Shown here one piece after another: positions 21,724 to 32,722 of a DNA stretch of 64,000 bases. A program made the translations under genes and the position numbers. The stretch is from Naegleria gruberi (taxonomy: Eukaryota). Location: the NCBI GenBank assembly GCA_000004985.1, contig GG738901.1; one strand, written 5' to 3'. The number at the start of each line of letters is the position of its first letter. Within the stretch, counting starts at the first letter, position 1. The notes under the pieces are model-generated. The model had not been told where the DNA came from, searched no databases, and saw only the letters and a program-made list of their open reading frames with translations.

Positions 21724-24084
21724 ATGCTTGGAAAGAGAAGCAACAACTCTTCAACGTGCTGTGCCAGCAAGAAAACCAAATATGATTCTTGCTGTTCATC
21801 TTCATCCTGTTACTCTCCGTTTAATGTAGAATGGGATGGAGTGGAACGTTCCGAATTAGCCAACGTTTTACATCAAATTGGCTCCAATCCTCATCAATAT
21901 TCGTATGGCAAAAGAAATAGTGAAAAGGAAGGCTTGTTAGGCTTTCCTGGGTTGAAAATTCATTTCGATCATGATGTTTCCATCAATGTTGGATTGCCTC
22001 TCTGTTCGGAACAACTTGAATCCATACGGAATAATTTAAATTCTAATTTGCAATTAATATCGTCAAATTCTTCATCATCAACTTTATCGGAGAAGATGAT
22101 TTGTTTGAATGATGAAGATTTATTCTCCATTGAAAATCCCTATTGGATGGAACAATTAGAGGAAATACTGAAGGACGTTCTTTCACAATTACAAGTTGAA
22201 AATCACATATCTGGATTGATTAGAAAGAATTCACTCATCATTGCTAGTGAAGGGTGTTCGGATATTCCCATTACGAGTACACGAGAGAATTGTTTTGTCA
22301 AGTTGGTTGTGAGATTGCCTTCTAATTGTGAGGGTGGTCATGTAGTAGTTAATTCGGGAAAGATTTCTTACAACTTCTCTAAGGGGTCGTGCTATTCCAG
22401 TACTTTGACTGCTTGCTATTCTAACATTGATGCCACTATCAAGGGAATCACCAAAGGTTGTGCAATGTATTTGGTGTTTGATATTTGTCATCAGGATGGA
22501 TGTGAAACACCAACATTTATTAATTCTAAAGAGCTATTTAGCAAATTTATGGACAATTGGGAGAAATCACCCTACTTTGTAATAGAGTACAAGCAGAATT
22601 CTGATTATTATAAATCAATAACAAGCATATTGAATTGGTACGTACATGAAATGCCAATAGGAAGTTTAGAATTTGAATTTGGAACGCTGAATAATGATGT
22701 ATTGTACTTTCGTAGAATCAATGCAGATTTAGACATTAATTCGCAATCACTCCTCTTCTCTAAAGGAGATCGAGAAAATATTGAATGTATTATTATCATT
22801 TCAAAACATTTCACTACTGAAGTATATTTACATTTGGGCATGGAGATTGCTCTTGATTATTTGAAGAGAGTTTTCAATGGTGCCACTTCTCAACATATTA
22901 TTAACTTTTTAAAGAAAATAATTGACAAGTATTCCAAACAATTGGATGGAAAGAAGATTGTAGATTATATAATAGAATTGAACGATTTGGAGCTAGCAAA
23001 GTTACTGTTGAGAGAAATATTATGCCATAATTTCAATCATGAGGTTCTTTTCAAATTAGTACAAGCTTTCACACTCAAAGAATTGCGTACAGAAGTAATC
23101 AAGGTGTTATCAGTTTGTTTCATCGATCATTTGGATGGATGTGTGGATGTATTGGAGGCTCTTAATTGTCCTACAGTTTCTGCTTCAGTTTTACCTCAAT
23201 GTAGTCTGAGTGAACAAACATGTACATGCTCTCAGTTGGAAAAGGTTTTGGATTTGGCTTCAAAATTTGATATTGTCATTCAACAAATACCTGAAAACAT
23301 TAGCAAGCTATCAGGAAACCCAGATGATATGTACAGATTATCTAAAAAGATCAAAAATAAGAGTTGTATTAAGGAAACGTTACAAAGATCTTGGAAATCT
23401 AAAACACTCAATCCTAAAATGATTGTTGAATGTGTGGGTACTATAGGATTGACTGAATCTAGGGATTTAATGAGGGACGGAGTTGATTCATTCTGCTCAA
23501 GTCATAAAAATGTGGAAATCCTAGAAACTATTGGATCATTCTCGGAAATTCTCAACTCATCAAACGATGCTTCCTGCAATCTTGTAATGTCAATGCTAGC
23601 AAGAAACCTTATCAGCCGTACGAATTTTACAATTAGGTTTGTTCATCACCTAGTTATTCCATTCCTCAAACAATTGACCAATAAGGAAGCTCTATCTAAA
23701 AGTGCTACTCAATCAATTGCAAAACACTGCTTAAAACTTTACAATAACCAAAACAAGGTTGCTATCGAACACCTGCAACCTCTCAATAGCAAGATTTCCC
23801 ATATTATTCTATCATGTTCATGTGAAACGTGTGCTCCAGTTCAGGAATTTATAGAGTCGAATGAGAGAATTTACACTATCCCATTTGCTACAAAGGTTAA
23901 TGTTGACCATTTGGTCGAGAAAGTTTCGGGCTTCTACTCTGACATTCTCCTCAGCCAATCTTCAAATGGAAATGCAATAATTGAAAAAGTACTCCTCAAG
24001 CAAACCAAAATTGAAATCAAGGAGAACATTGCATTCTTAAACTCCTTACACGATTTGACTCTCCTTGAAGATGATGTAGAGTAG
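21724..24084 (+). CDS. Hypothetical protein of 786 aa.
   Basis: Intact long ORF with a Cys/Ser-rich N-terminus. No motif I can name. Confidence 0.5.
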   Translation: MLGKRSNNSSTCCASKKTKYDSCCSSSSCYSPFNVEWDGVERSELANVLHQIGSNPHQYSYGKRNSEKEGLLGFPGLKIHFDHDVSINVGLPLCSEQLESIRNNLNSNLQLISSNSSSSTLSEKMICLNDEDLFSIENPYWMEQLEEILKDVLSQLQVENHISGLIRKNSLIIASEGCSDIPITSTRENCFVKLVVRLPSNCEGGHVVVNSGKISYNFSKGSCYSSTLTACYSNIDATIKGITKGCAMYLVFDICHQDGCETPTFINSKELFSKFMDNWEKSPYFVIEYKQNSDYYKSITSILNWYVHEMPIGSLEFEFGTLNNDVLYFRRINADLDINSQSLLFSKGDRENIECIIIISKHFTTEVYLHLGMEIALDYLKRVFNGATSQHIINFLKKIIDKYSKQLDGKKIVDYIIELNDLELAKLLLREILCHNFNHEVLFKLVQAFTLKELRTEVIKVLSVCFIDHLDGCVDVLEALNCPTVSASVLPQCSLSEQTCTCSQLEKVLDLASKFDIVIQQIPENISKLSGNPDDMYRLSKKIKNKSCIKETLQRSWKSKTLNPKMIVECVGTIGLTESRDLMRDGVDSFCSSHKNVEILETIGSFSEILNSSNDASCNLVMSMLARNLISRTNFTIRFVHHLVIPFLKQLTNKEALSKSATQSIAKHCLKLYNNQNKVAIEHLQPLNSKISHIILSCSCETCAPVQEFIESNERIYTIPFATKVNVDHLVEKVSGFYSDILLSQSSNGNAIIEKVLLKQTKIEIKENIAFLNSLHDLTLLEDDVE

Positions 24085-24151
24085 GAGTGCAATTACTGGG
24101 AGTACAAATTTACTATTGGAGCCATTTGGATGCGGAGAATATTTAAAAAAA

Positions 24152-25224
24152 ATGCTACATATTTCACCGCAATCCTTGCTACTCTTATTGCTCGTTATTT
24201 GCACTTGTTGCTGTTTGGGAGTGTCTTGTACACATTGTCCACCAGGTAGTTTCTTTGAGAAATCAGTTTGGGGAGGATGTTTTGGATGTGATCCGGGAAC
24301 ATATTGTAGGTTTATTAATTATTATGAAATAATTGTTAACTTGTAAAAGGTCCTGGTGATGATAGAGCTTATCCTTGTCAAGTTGGTACTATAGCCCCGA
24401 ATACTGGATCTGTTTCATGTAGTCCTTGTCCTAGTGGATACAACACGAATCCGGCTCATACTAATTGCTCAAAATGTTCTAGTGGAAGAATGTCTCCTGA
24501 TGAGACTTTTTGTTTGTTGCCAAATACTCCTTTTAATGCTGTTCCATTTATTGGAAATGTTTTAACAATTGGAGGAAAGCAAACATTTTCCTATGTTGAG
24601 GTTTCCTTCCTCAATACTGATGAAACTGAAAGAGGAATGACCCAACTTACATTGATGAGTAAGGATAGAACCAATCTATTGGTTTATGCATCATCAGTGA
24701 CAGGATCTCCTAGCCCTGTAAATTATGAGTATTCTGGTTTTGGGCAGAATGTCACTTTAGCTATTAAGGGAAAGGCAGATACCACTTCTCTAATTTACTT
24801 GAACATTACTATTGTTGATAATCCAGAAAAACTACCATTCACACTAACTTCCACATTTTACAATATGAAAATCGATCAAATCAAGAAGGTTGACGATGGA
24901 GACAATTTCATTACTTTGGATACCAACTTTGAAGGAGAGGTTATTTTACAATATTCCAACATTAATATTCATGCAGATATTCAGTTCACCATCTCACTAC
25001 AGGGCTACATGTTCTATCATGTGTTTTACAGTTCTAACCAATTGATTCAATATCCAAATCCAAATAATGCTGATTTTGTCTATTATGGAGGAGATGCCAG
25101 AACCAATCCTATTGTTCAAGTCAATGCCATGAATAGAGCACCAGGATTTGTCAACGTTGCCATTCAATCCAAGTACGGCAATAGTGATGTTATTAAGGTG
25201 AATGTTAAAACTCTCAAACATTAA
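24152..25224 (+). CDS. Secreted cysteine-rich protein of about 342 aa, with ephrin-receptor-like / TNFR-like CxxCPxGxY repeats. Exons 24152..24305 and 24350..25224.
   Basis: Signal peptide 'MLHISPQSLLLLLLVICTCCCLGVSC'. The 44-nt intron 24306..24349 (GTAGGT..AAAAG) joins the frames. Cys repeats 'CPPGSFFEKS', 'CDPGTYC', 'CSPCPSGYNTNP', 'CSKCSSG'. Confidence 0.55.
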
Positions 25225-25239
25225 TTTATTTACACTTTC

Positions 25240-26526
25240 CTAATTGCTTGTAATTTCATTAATCTTACCAACAAAGAGAACACTCTGAGTTGGAACGTGA
25301 TGCAAAATAAAAGCAAAAGGTCTGTCAGCAATGAATTCATAAACCTCCTCAGATGCAGCCCTTCTCTTTCGTTTACAAGCTACGGCAGTTGCAGCACTTG
25401 CCACTGTTCCTGACTCATCTACTTGAATGCATGCCTTGTGAATTATTTGACTGACACATACACCATCAACTTGTGGATTGGAGAGCATATTGGAAAAATC
25501 AGCATTGGTTGGACTAAACAATCTATTGATTTCGAATGGTTTCTTGGCTATAGTTGGAATGATATTGTCAAATTGCTTTTCAAATTTGAATTTTGGAATT
25601 TGAATTCTGTTCATTTTGACTGATTCACTTGGATTGAGTCGACTAATATCGGTCAACTTGGATTGAAGCCACTTGTTAAATTCTGTTTCGTTTTCTTCAT
25701 CAATCTCTAAATCATCATTTGGTTTAATAAATGTCATACAATATTCTTCATCTGTGTATGGTAATTGTAAAATTTGATAATCATCCATTTCTTCATAGAG
25801 GAATTTTGACTTGCAATCTTCCAAACTCATCATTTGACAGTTGCATTCTCCATTCAAGGTGTTAAATGATTTTTCAATAGTTCTATTCTTGTTAAATTGA
25901 TGTTTCCACTTTCCATTAAAGTAAATTGCATTTACAATGACCATAAGTGTGTCTGAATCCAATTTAGATATTAAATTCTTGATATTATTCTTAGTATTGG
26001 ATGCAACCCATGCATTGATATTCTTCACTTCTATATTGGCCATACCCTTAAAGTTTGCCAATTGAGTTTGAGAATCAAATTGGTCAACCAACTCATTAAT
26101 AAATTCATTCTTAACACCAAGAGATTTTTCCAGATAAATTCTATTGGCAATTGATAAAACGCTCTCATTTTGAACAATATTCTTAATCATACCCGAATAT
26201 TGCTTCAATTCACTTTCCTTCCATTTTTGGAATTGCTCAACTGCATTTTCCATTTTACAACTATTAAAACTTTCTCTCAAAAACAAGCCATCAATCATTT
26301 CCCTCAATGTTTCTCCACCTGTTCCCAACATGCAATTCATCATTGCAATATAAATCGAAAATGGTGAAATGATCAAATTTCCATTTCCATTTTCCTGCAC
26401 AAATTGACCAAACAATGCAGAGGAAAATTCATTCTGGGCCAACAACATGTTATTCTGTGCTTGTTTCTTATTATTGGAAGCATTGTTTCTAGTACTTGAT
26501 AATTTCTTACTGTTTACCTTGACCAT
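25240..26526 (-). CDS. Serpin of 428 aa, inhibitory type with a polybasic reactive-centre loop.
   Basis: Hinge 'ESGTVASAATAVA' followed by 'CKRKRRAAS'. C-terminal serpin signature 'PFAFILHH...SVLFVGKI'. Serpin fold-length ORF. Confidence 0.85.
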   Translation of the reverse strand: MVKVNSKKLSSTRNNASNNKKQAQNNMLLAQNEFSSALFGQFVQENGNGNLIISPFSIYIAMMNCMLGTGGETLREMIDGLFLRESFNSCKMENAVEQFQKWKESELKQYSGMIKNIVQNESVLSIANRIYLEKSLGVKNEFINELVDQFDSQTQLANFKGMANIEVKNINAWVASNTKNNIKNLISKLDSDTLMVIVNAIYFNGKWKHQFNKNRTIEKSFNTLNGECNCQMMSLEDCKSKFLYEEMDDYQILQLPYTDEEYCMTFIKPNDDLEIDEENETEFNKWLQSKLTDISRLNPSESVKMNRIQIPKFKFEKQFDNIIPTIAKKPFEINRLFSPTNADFSNMLSNPQVDGVCVSQIIHKACIQVDESGTVASAATAVACKRKRRAASEEVYEFIADRPFAFILHHVPTQSVLFVGKINEITSN

Positions 26527-26823
26527 TTTTTATTCTGAATATAAGTTATTAATGTTGATGAAGATCTGATTACAGAGTGTTATTGTTTTGTTTTTTTTGA
26601 ATTGTTTTTTTTGTTGTGATCGGTTAAATATCTAAAGAAATGTTGCGATTGCGATTGGATATTTTTTGTTGTAACATGGTAAAGTTTGGAGGTCACATTC
26701 CAGTTCAAAGATACCAAAATATTTGTATGTTTGAATATTCTTCATAGATCATGCATGAAAAATGTTGAAGTTCAATAAAGTTTATTACAAATTATTGTTG
26801 AAACTAAACTAAATTCTTTAATG

Positions 26824-27372
26824 TTAATCCATTTTGATTCGTTTACTGCTGCTGGAAGAAGAAACACAATTAGATGAAGAAGAATTGTTCATTGATTCGA
26901 AACTATTCTTACGAGGTCGTCCCCTTGGTCGTTTCGGAAGAGTTTTCTTCAATTCTTCTTCTTCCTTAATAGATTCCAGAGTCGATACGATGAAGAATAC
27001 ATTATTAGGTTTGCTAATGTTGCTCGGAGTAGTATTTACATGCGGAGGATAAGAGGAGTTGATCTTTGGAGTGGTGGTGGAGTTATAATTGAGGGTTTTC
27101 ATTGAATGCTTCTTGTTGGAAGTATGATTGGATGACTTCATCTCGATTAGTTTGGATGGTTGTAATTTGCATTCTTCTACCTTCTCAAACACAATATTAT
27201 TATTAGCATAGGTATTATTCGTAGTATTATTAGTGGAAGTATTATTCACTGGACAATAATTGTTATCATCGTTTTCCAAGCACGGAAGGAATGAATCATC
27301 ATTAGAGTTCTGTAACAGCAGATGTAACAAGAATAAAAGTGTCTGTTCGTGTATTGTATTGGTTGGAAGCAT
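26824..27372 (-). CDS. Hypothetical low-complexity protein of 182 aa with an AT-hook.
   Basis: N/T/S-rich. 'KRPRGRPRKN' is an AT-hook. Confidence 0.4.
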   Translation of the reverse strand: MLPTNTIHEQTLLFLLHLLLQNSNDDSFLPCLENDDNNYCPVNNTSTNNTTNNTYANNNIVFEKVEECKLQPSKLIEMKSSNHTSNKKHSMKTLNYNSTTTPKINSSYPPHVNTTPSNISKPNNVFFIVSTLESIKEEEELKKTLPKRPRGRPRKNSFESMNNSSSSNCVSSSSSSKRIKMD

Positions 27373-27816
27373 TCTTTTTGAGCTGTTTAATCTACAACAC
27401 TATGTATACGTGTATTAATAGCAAAATAATAAGATCCTCTACTATGGTAATGGTTTACGACAACTCAGGAAATATGTCTCCACCTTATTTGGAATATCTC
27501 TGTGAATAAGTCCATATTTCTCAAAACTCAGAATTATGAAAGATGCACAGTATTAAGTAATGACAGTCTCAGTTATGGTAAATGAAAATGGTTGATTGTT
27601 ATCCAAATTTTTGAGATTATATATAAGACTTTTTATGGGAACGTTGTATATTATTTTCAGCATTGATTCTCATTACATGAACTTCCACTGAAATAACCAC
27701 AGGAATATCTCCAATTCGAATGAACTGAGAGGGAGATTTGAAAGTGTAATCCTCAATCTTGTCTGCAATGAAAGTTTCACCTTAAGGTAAACTATGAGCT
27801 GAAGTGATCATGATGG

Positions 27817-28782
27817 TTACCCTCCACGCAATCTAAATATCATGGTCAATTTAGAATCGCTGTTAATCTCCAATTCTTTCAATGTTTTTTCATCATCTTC
27901 CTCTGGAATTGGTTTTGACTTGTGAACAATTCTGACACCATCCAAATTTCCCCATGCCTCTACTACCTGGAGACGAATCATTCTGAAACTATCTTCTGGA
28001 TTCACATAAACTTTCAAATCTCTTCCAGCCATTGATTTAATGTGCAATTCCATAGAGCTGGCCTTTGTGGAAAATATGGAAATTTTCTTATCATATAACA
28101 AGTCTTGTCCCACAAATCGAAATGCATTAGGATTTTGATTCAGGGCAGTTAAATTAATTTCTCTATCATTCTTGAGTGATTTTCCAATATATTCCAATGA
28201 TAAACCATACTGTTTCACAATTTCCAACATGAATTCTCTATTATTCAATAAATCTTGATTGTGAACATATCTGATAGCTCTTGGATTTCGTTTCAGAGCA
28301 GCCCTACAAATTTCCTCATCTTCCCTAATGTCCAAATCCATATCTTTTAACAAGATCCAATTTTCCTGAACTAATTCCTTGACAAATTTTCGATCTCTTC
28401 TCAATGTCTTTCCAATATATCCACTATTCATAAAATCATCCTTCGAAACGGCTTTCAAAATAATCTCCCTATCATTTCTCAACGTTTCATGAATAATTTT
28501 CAATGCATCACTTCCATGTTTACTGACCACAGCAAGGGCAACATCTCTATCCAAACCAAAATCGAATGGTTTTCTACTCGGAACAAATGGAACATTCGAG
28601 TGTCTAATCTGCTTTAAAATCATTAATTTTGAATAGAGCAAATTTGTTCGTTCTTGTGATTTCTTCATCATTTCATTCCGTAACATTTGTTGCAAATTAA
28701 ATTCAGAAGAATAATTATTTGTATTTGTCGATTCATCATGGTGATGACTTTGAAAATCGATGAGAATAATTTTTGTGGGCAT
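27817..28782 (-). CDS. DUF4116-repeat protein of 321 aa with a C-terminal ubiquitin-like domain ending in LRGG directly before the stop.
   Basis: About 5 repeats of 'LRNDREIILKAV...', 'LKNDREINLTALNQNPNAFRFV', etc. The C-terminus 'DLKVYVNPEDSFRMIRLQV...KTLKELEINSDSKLTMIFRLRGG*' matches the ubiquitin beta-grasp pattern. Confidence 0.7.
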   Translation of the reverse strand: MPTKIILIDFQSHHHDESTNTNNYSSEFNLQQMLRNEMMKKSQERTNLLYSKLMILKQIRHSNVPFVPSRKPFDFGLDRDVALAVVSKHGSDALKIIHETLRNDREIILKAVSKDDFMNSGYIGKTLRRDRKFVKELVQENWILLKDMDLDIREDEEICRAALKRNPRAIRYVHNQDLLNNREFMLEIVKQYGLSLEYIGKSLKNDREINLTALNQNPNAFRFVGQDLLYDKKISIFSTKASSMELHIKSMAGRDLKVYVNPEDSFRMIRLQVVEAWGNLDGVRIVHKSKPIPEEDDEKTLKELEINSDSKLTMIFRLRGG

Positions 28783-29037
28783 TTTGGTGGTTTTCTTATT
28801 TTTTTGATCTTTTCCAAGTTTTGATCTTAATTAAGTTGGAAATTGAGGTCTTTTGTAATGTTTTAGAGTTTTTTGAATGGAATTTCAAGAGATTTAAAGA
28901 GTTCAAACATTCGAGTGACGATTCAAAACATAAGAATGAATGTGAATCCATCTAGTTTTCCTGCTTTTGTTATAAAATTCAAGTGAATTCACAATAGTAA
29001 AAACATGATGAATAGTGAAATAGGAAAATGAATTGTT

Positions 29038-30084
29038 TTAATTTAGTTTAATAAAACTAGGTGGAACACTTGGAAAGTGTTTAATATATTCAATTCCTCC
29101 TCCATTAGCTATTTCGTCCCTATGAATATCGAGATATTTCAAATTCTTCATTTCACTAATCAATTTTGCACTATCAGCTTTCAAACGATTATCGAAAATA
29201 TTGAGAGCTGTCAGATTGTTCATTTCACAAATGTGTTTAGCTCCGTTGTGAGTTATATCACTGCAGGCAATGTCGAGTTTAGTCAACTGATTTAGTTCAC
29301 TTAAATATTTGGCTCCTTCTTTCTCAATACTATTTCTGTGAATACTGAGATCGGTCAATTGTTTCAATTTGCAAATTGATTTGACTCCCTCGACATCCAT
29401 TCTATTACAAGCAATATCAAGATATGTTAAATTTTCAAGTTGACTAATATATTCAGCTCCTTCATTTCCAATATTATTGTAAATAATATTGAGCTCTCTC
29501 AATTGTTTCAATTTACCAATCTCCTTGGCACCTTTTACTCCAAGTTTGTTCATTCCTATATCAAGCTTTGTCAATTGACTCATCTTTTGTAAAGCATCCA
29601 AAACATTGTCCAAAACTCCATCTTCCAACAATGTGTTTAATTGAAATTTCGCACCAATAACATTTTCCAAAAATTCACTTTGCATCATTAGTCTACTATT
29701 TTCTAAAGTGATACTTTGGGTAAAGTGCAAATTAATTTTGGTGAATTGTTTAATAATTTGCTTCCACTGTTTAGAAATTAAAACACCACTCCATAGTAGA
29801 AATTCATGTGGAAGATATAAAATTATTTCTGAACAAATATCATCGGGAAAGTTGAAATTATTCAGAGTTTTGATGCTTGTGGTTGTGGTGGTGGTGCTTG
29901 TTGTGTGATTAATCATTTTTTTCTTGTTAAATTCATTAGAGTTTAATGAAACCTTCTTGGTTTTGGAGATTTTTTGGTGTTTCTTTTTGGTTGACTTGTT
30001 AAAAGTGGTAACACTCAATATTTCTATAAATAATTTGAGTGTGTTTGTAATTATCTCGAGATTATTTGTTGTTGAATAGCTCAA
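29038..30084 (-). CDS. F-box / RNI-like leucine-rich-repeat protein of 348 aa.
   Basis: F-box 'FPDDICSEIILYLPHEFLLWSGVLISKQWKQII'. About 8 RNI-type LRRs ('LTKLDIGMNKLGVKGAKEI', 'LRELNIIYNNIGNEGAEYI', ...). Confidence 0.7.
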   Translation of the reverse strand: MSYSTTNNLEIITNTLKLFIEILSVTTFNKSTKKKHQKISKTKKVSLNSNEFNKKKMINHTTSTTTTTTSIKTLNNFNFPDDICSEIILYLPHEFLLWSGVLISKQWKQIIKQFTKINLHFTQSITLENSRLMMQSEFLENVIGAKFQLNTLLEDGVLDNVLDALQKMSQLTKLDIGMNKLGVKGAKEIGKLKQLRELNIIYNNIGNEGAEYISQLENLTYLDIACNRMDVEGVKSICKLKQLTDLSIHRNSIEKEGAKYLSELNQLTKLDIACSDITHNGAKHICEMNNLTALNIFDNRLKADSAKLISEMKNLKYLDIHRDEIANGGGIEYIKHFPSVPPSFIKLN

Positions 30085-30493
30085 TAATTTCCTTTACCTG
30101 GGTTGGGTAGAACTTGGATTCAAATGTCATTCCAGTGCATTGAATAATTTGTGATCTGTGACATGGACCAAAGAGTTTGAGAATGCATTTGGCAAAATCA
30201 TTGCTAGTTGTCTTCTTTTTATCATCGTCTAGTAGTGTCCAATTAATATCCAAAATTTCCAAAATTAATTTGGAAATACTCGCATTTTCACCATCCAATT
30301 TGAGGATTACTTTCTTGGATGGATAAGAATAAGTGAACAACATTTCTAATTTGAAAGAAAGCTCAGATAAAGTACCATTTGCCATCTCAAACATGGCATT
30401 GGCAAATATCTTCTCCTCATGAATATATTCTGTAAATCCAATGCTGTAAGCTTCATGAAGTGTGAAATACTTGAGCTTGGAAGATGAATTCAT
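30062..30493 (-). CDS. Small hypothetical ORF of 143 aa. It may be the frameshifted C-terminal part of the upstream gene.
   Basis: Starts with ATG inside the 3' end of 30453..31751. No motif. Confidence 0.25.
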   Translation of the reverse strand: MNSSSKLKYFTLHEAYSIGFTEYIHEEKIFANAMFEMANGTLSELSFKLEMLFTYSYPSKKVILKLDGENASISKLILEILDINWTLLDDDKKKTTSNDFAKCILKLFGPCHRSQIIQCTGMTFESKFYPTQVKEIIELFNNK

Positions 30494-31751
30494 TGATGGA
30501 AATGTCGTAACTTGGCGATTGAATCACTGAATCGAACGAGAACAAATTCTGAGATTTTCTTGCCGAGTGTTTAAGGATTTCCCTCCTAATGTAATGGAAA
30601 TATTCCATTCGTTGAGAGTGTCTCAAATCAGATTGAATAATTGGAGTTAGAATTTCCTCCTCTAAATATTTCAATCCTTCCTTTACAGTATCTGATTCAG
30701 ATTTCAATCTATTATCATCCTCTTCGTCCTCTTCATATGATATTTCTTCTATGGATCCCAATTCCTTAATCATACTCTCCATGACATTACTATTATTGTT
30801 AGCAAACGGTGCCAGACAGTTATATGTTTTGGAGCCAGCACAAATCATTAAAAAATTGAGGAAATCTTCCCAATTCCACATGATAGGAATATCCAACTCT
30901 TTCATTACTTCCGTAATGGCTTCAGAGTCAATTTTTCCAATAGCTTCATAAGAATGGTAATTGTTTTGATATTGAACTAGAATCTTCTCTTCATTATTCG
31001 AATCTCTCACCGTCAATTCATAAAATCTCTCCAGATTATAGGTTCTAGTATTCGGTCCATAAACAAAATGTTGAGAAAATATCATAAATTCCCTAATATC
31101 ATTCTCTTGTTGATTTGATTTTTTCAAAATCTTCAACTCTGCTCTTCCTCCCTGAGCTTGTGAAAAAATTCCACCAATAAATGAATTAAACGAAACTCTT
31201 CCACTCTTGAACAAGTCGCAATTTTCCATAATAACGAAGAACTCTGCAAAATGTTCATCATTTTCAAACAAATAATCAAAATACGAATCATCATTAGTAC
31301 AAATCATGCAATTTCTAATTTCGGCATTGATTTTCAATAGGCAACCATGAAAAAATTCACAACTTTTATCCTCTAGATCTATCTTGATTTTTGATAATCT
31401 ATTCATGAAGAATAATGGATCGGTGGATGAAGATGAAATGTGCAATTCTTCAGAAATTGCTTGATTGACCAATCGGAAAGTTAAAACCTCATGCAGTGGT
31501 AGAAAGGAATAAATATTGAACAAGACAGCACCATTTAGCCATGTTGAATGATGTGGTAATGTGATGCCAGATTTTTCTTGTTTAAATTCTTCCATTTTTT
31601 TCAAAATCAAATTGTAATTTAAATGTACTTTAATGGAAGTGCCATCTCCATATTGAAATGGTTGGTTGCTGGCATAATGACGAGCAAAGTAGGGCTGATT
31701 CCTTGGAAAATGTCTTTTCATCAATAATTTTGCTATTAGAATCTGATTCAT
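30453..31751 (-). CDS. F-box-like hypothetical protein of 432 aa. Its 3' end overlaps by 41 nt, in a different frame, with the small ORF 30062..30493.
   Basis: F-box-like 'NIYSFLPLHEVLTFRLVNQAISEEL'. A-run before the ATG. No intron that joins the two frames is evident, so this is either a frameshift, a pseudogene, or two genes. Confidence 0.45.
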   Translation of the reverse strand: MNQILIAKLLMKRHFPRNQPYFARHYASNQPFQYGDGTSIKVHLNYNLILKKMEEFKQEKSGITLPHHSTWLNGAVLFNIYSFLPLHEVLTFRLVNQAISEELHISSSSTDPLFFMNRLSKIKIDLEDKSCEFFHGCLLKINAEIRNCMICTNDDSYFDYLFENDEHFAEFFVIMENCDLFKSGRVSFNSFIGGIFSQAQGGRAELKILKKSNQQENDIREFMIFSQHFVYGPNTRTYNLERFYELTVRDSNNEEKILVQYQNNYHSYEAIGKIDSEAITEVMKELDIPIMWNWEDFLNFLMICAGSKTYNCLAPFANNNSNVMESMIKELGSIEEISYEEDEEDDNRLKSESDTVKEGLKYLEEEILTPIIQSDLRHSQRMEYFHYIRREILKHSARKSQNLFSFDSVIQSPSYDISINEFIFQAQVFHTS

Positions 31752-31789
31752 CTCTGGTATTTAATGGTGGGTTGTTAAATGATTATAAT

Positions 31790-32722
31790 TCATTTGAATT
31801 TAATAATTCGTCCTGAACTAGCAATCAATAATTCGCCAGAACGTTCATCCAAACAAATTCCAGTAATTTTCCCATCCATTTTGTGTTCCTTTACAATTTC
31901 CAAATCGCTTCTTCTCAAAACTAAAACGCTATCAGTAAAGGTATTGGTAAGAATAATATATTGTCTTGATGAGTCATAAACTATTCCATAAAAGTCACTT
32001 GGTGGTAAAGGTTTTGATTTTGAGATGTTGACCTTTGGCATCCCTGTAGATTCGTGAGCAATTTGATAAATTCCAATTTCATTTCTAAATGGAATTATCA
32101 ATTCCTGATTTTCTAGAATTAAAAGTGAACATCCATCCAATTTTATCAATGGTTTGAAATCTTCAACCAAATCACCTGTTTCACAATTAATGAAAGTCAA
32201 ATAATCTGTGGTAGCTTCATTAATGACCAAAAAACGTTGTGAGCTTGTTGTGTAAATATCAATGCCATACATATCCATGGTAATTATTTTCTTATCCCAC
32301 ACCACACAATCTTGCCACCTATTTGTTCTCATCAATTTACTCAATTTAAACTTCACAACACCTGTCGGTCCAGTTGTGTATAGCTCATCATTATTCTCAT
32401 CCAGCAGTGGGACACAAGTCTTGAAAACAATCTGATGAATCAATAAATTACTACTCCTATCCACAAAATAAATCTTGTCATTGGTGAAAATTATAAAACA
32501 ATTATATTGGTATGAAATTATGATATCAACAAATTCTGCATCCACATTTTCCACCTTTTCCAAATCAAAAAATCCAGATTTAATAAAATTATAAGAGAAG
32601 GGAATTTTGGGATTTCTAAACATTTTCCGAAGCCATCCAAATTCTTTTATTGTAGAATTATCTTCATCATTATACAAGGCTTTGAAATCAATGAGAGAAA
32701 GTATCACACAATCATCTGACAT
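31790..32722 (-). CDS. Hypothetical protein of 310 aa.
   Basis: Intact ORF, predicted beta-rich. No motif I can name. Confidence 0.5.
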   Translation of the reverse strand: MSDDCVILSLIDFKALYNDEDNSTIKEFGWLRKMFRNPKIPFSYNFIKSGFFDLEKVENVDAEFVDIIISYQYNCFIIFTNDKIYFVDRSSNLLIHQIVFKTCVPLLDENNDELYTTGPTGVVKFKLSKLMRTNRWQDCVVWDKKIITMDMYGIDIYTTSSQRFLVINEATTDYLTFINCETGDLVEDFKPLIKLDGCSLLILENQELIIPFRNEIGIYQIAHESTGMPKVNISKSKPLPPSDFYGIVYDSSRQYIILTNTFTDSVLVLRRSDLEIVKEHKMDGKITGICLDERSGELLIASSGRIIKFK

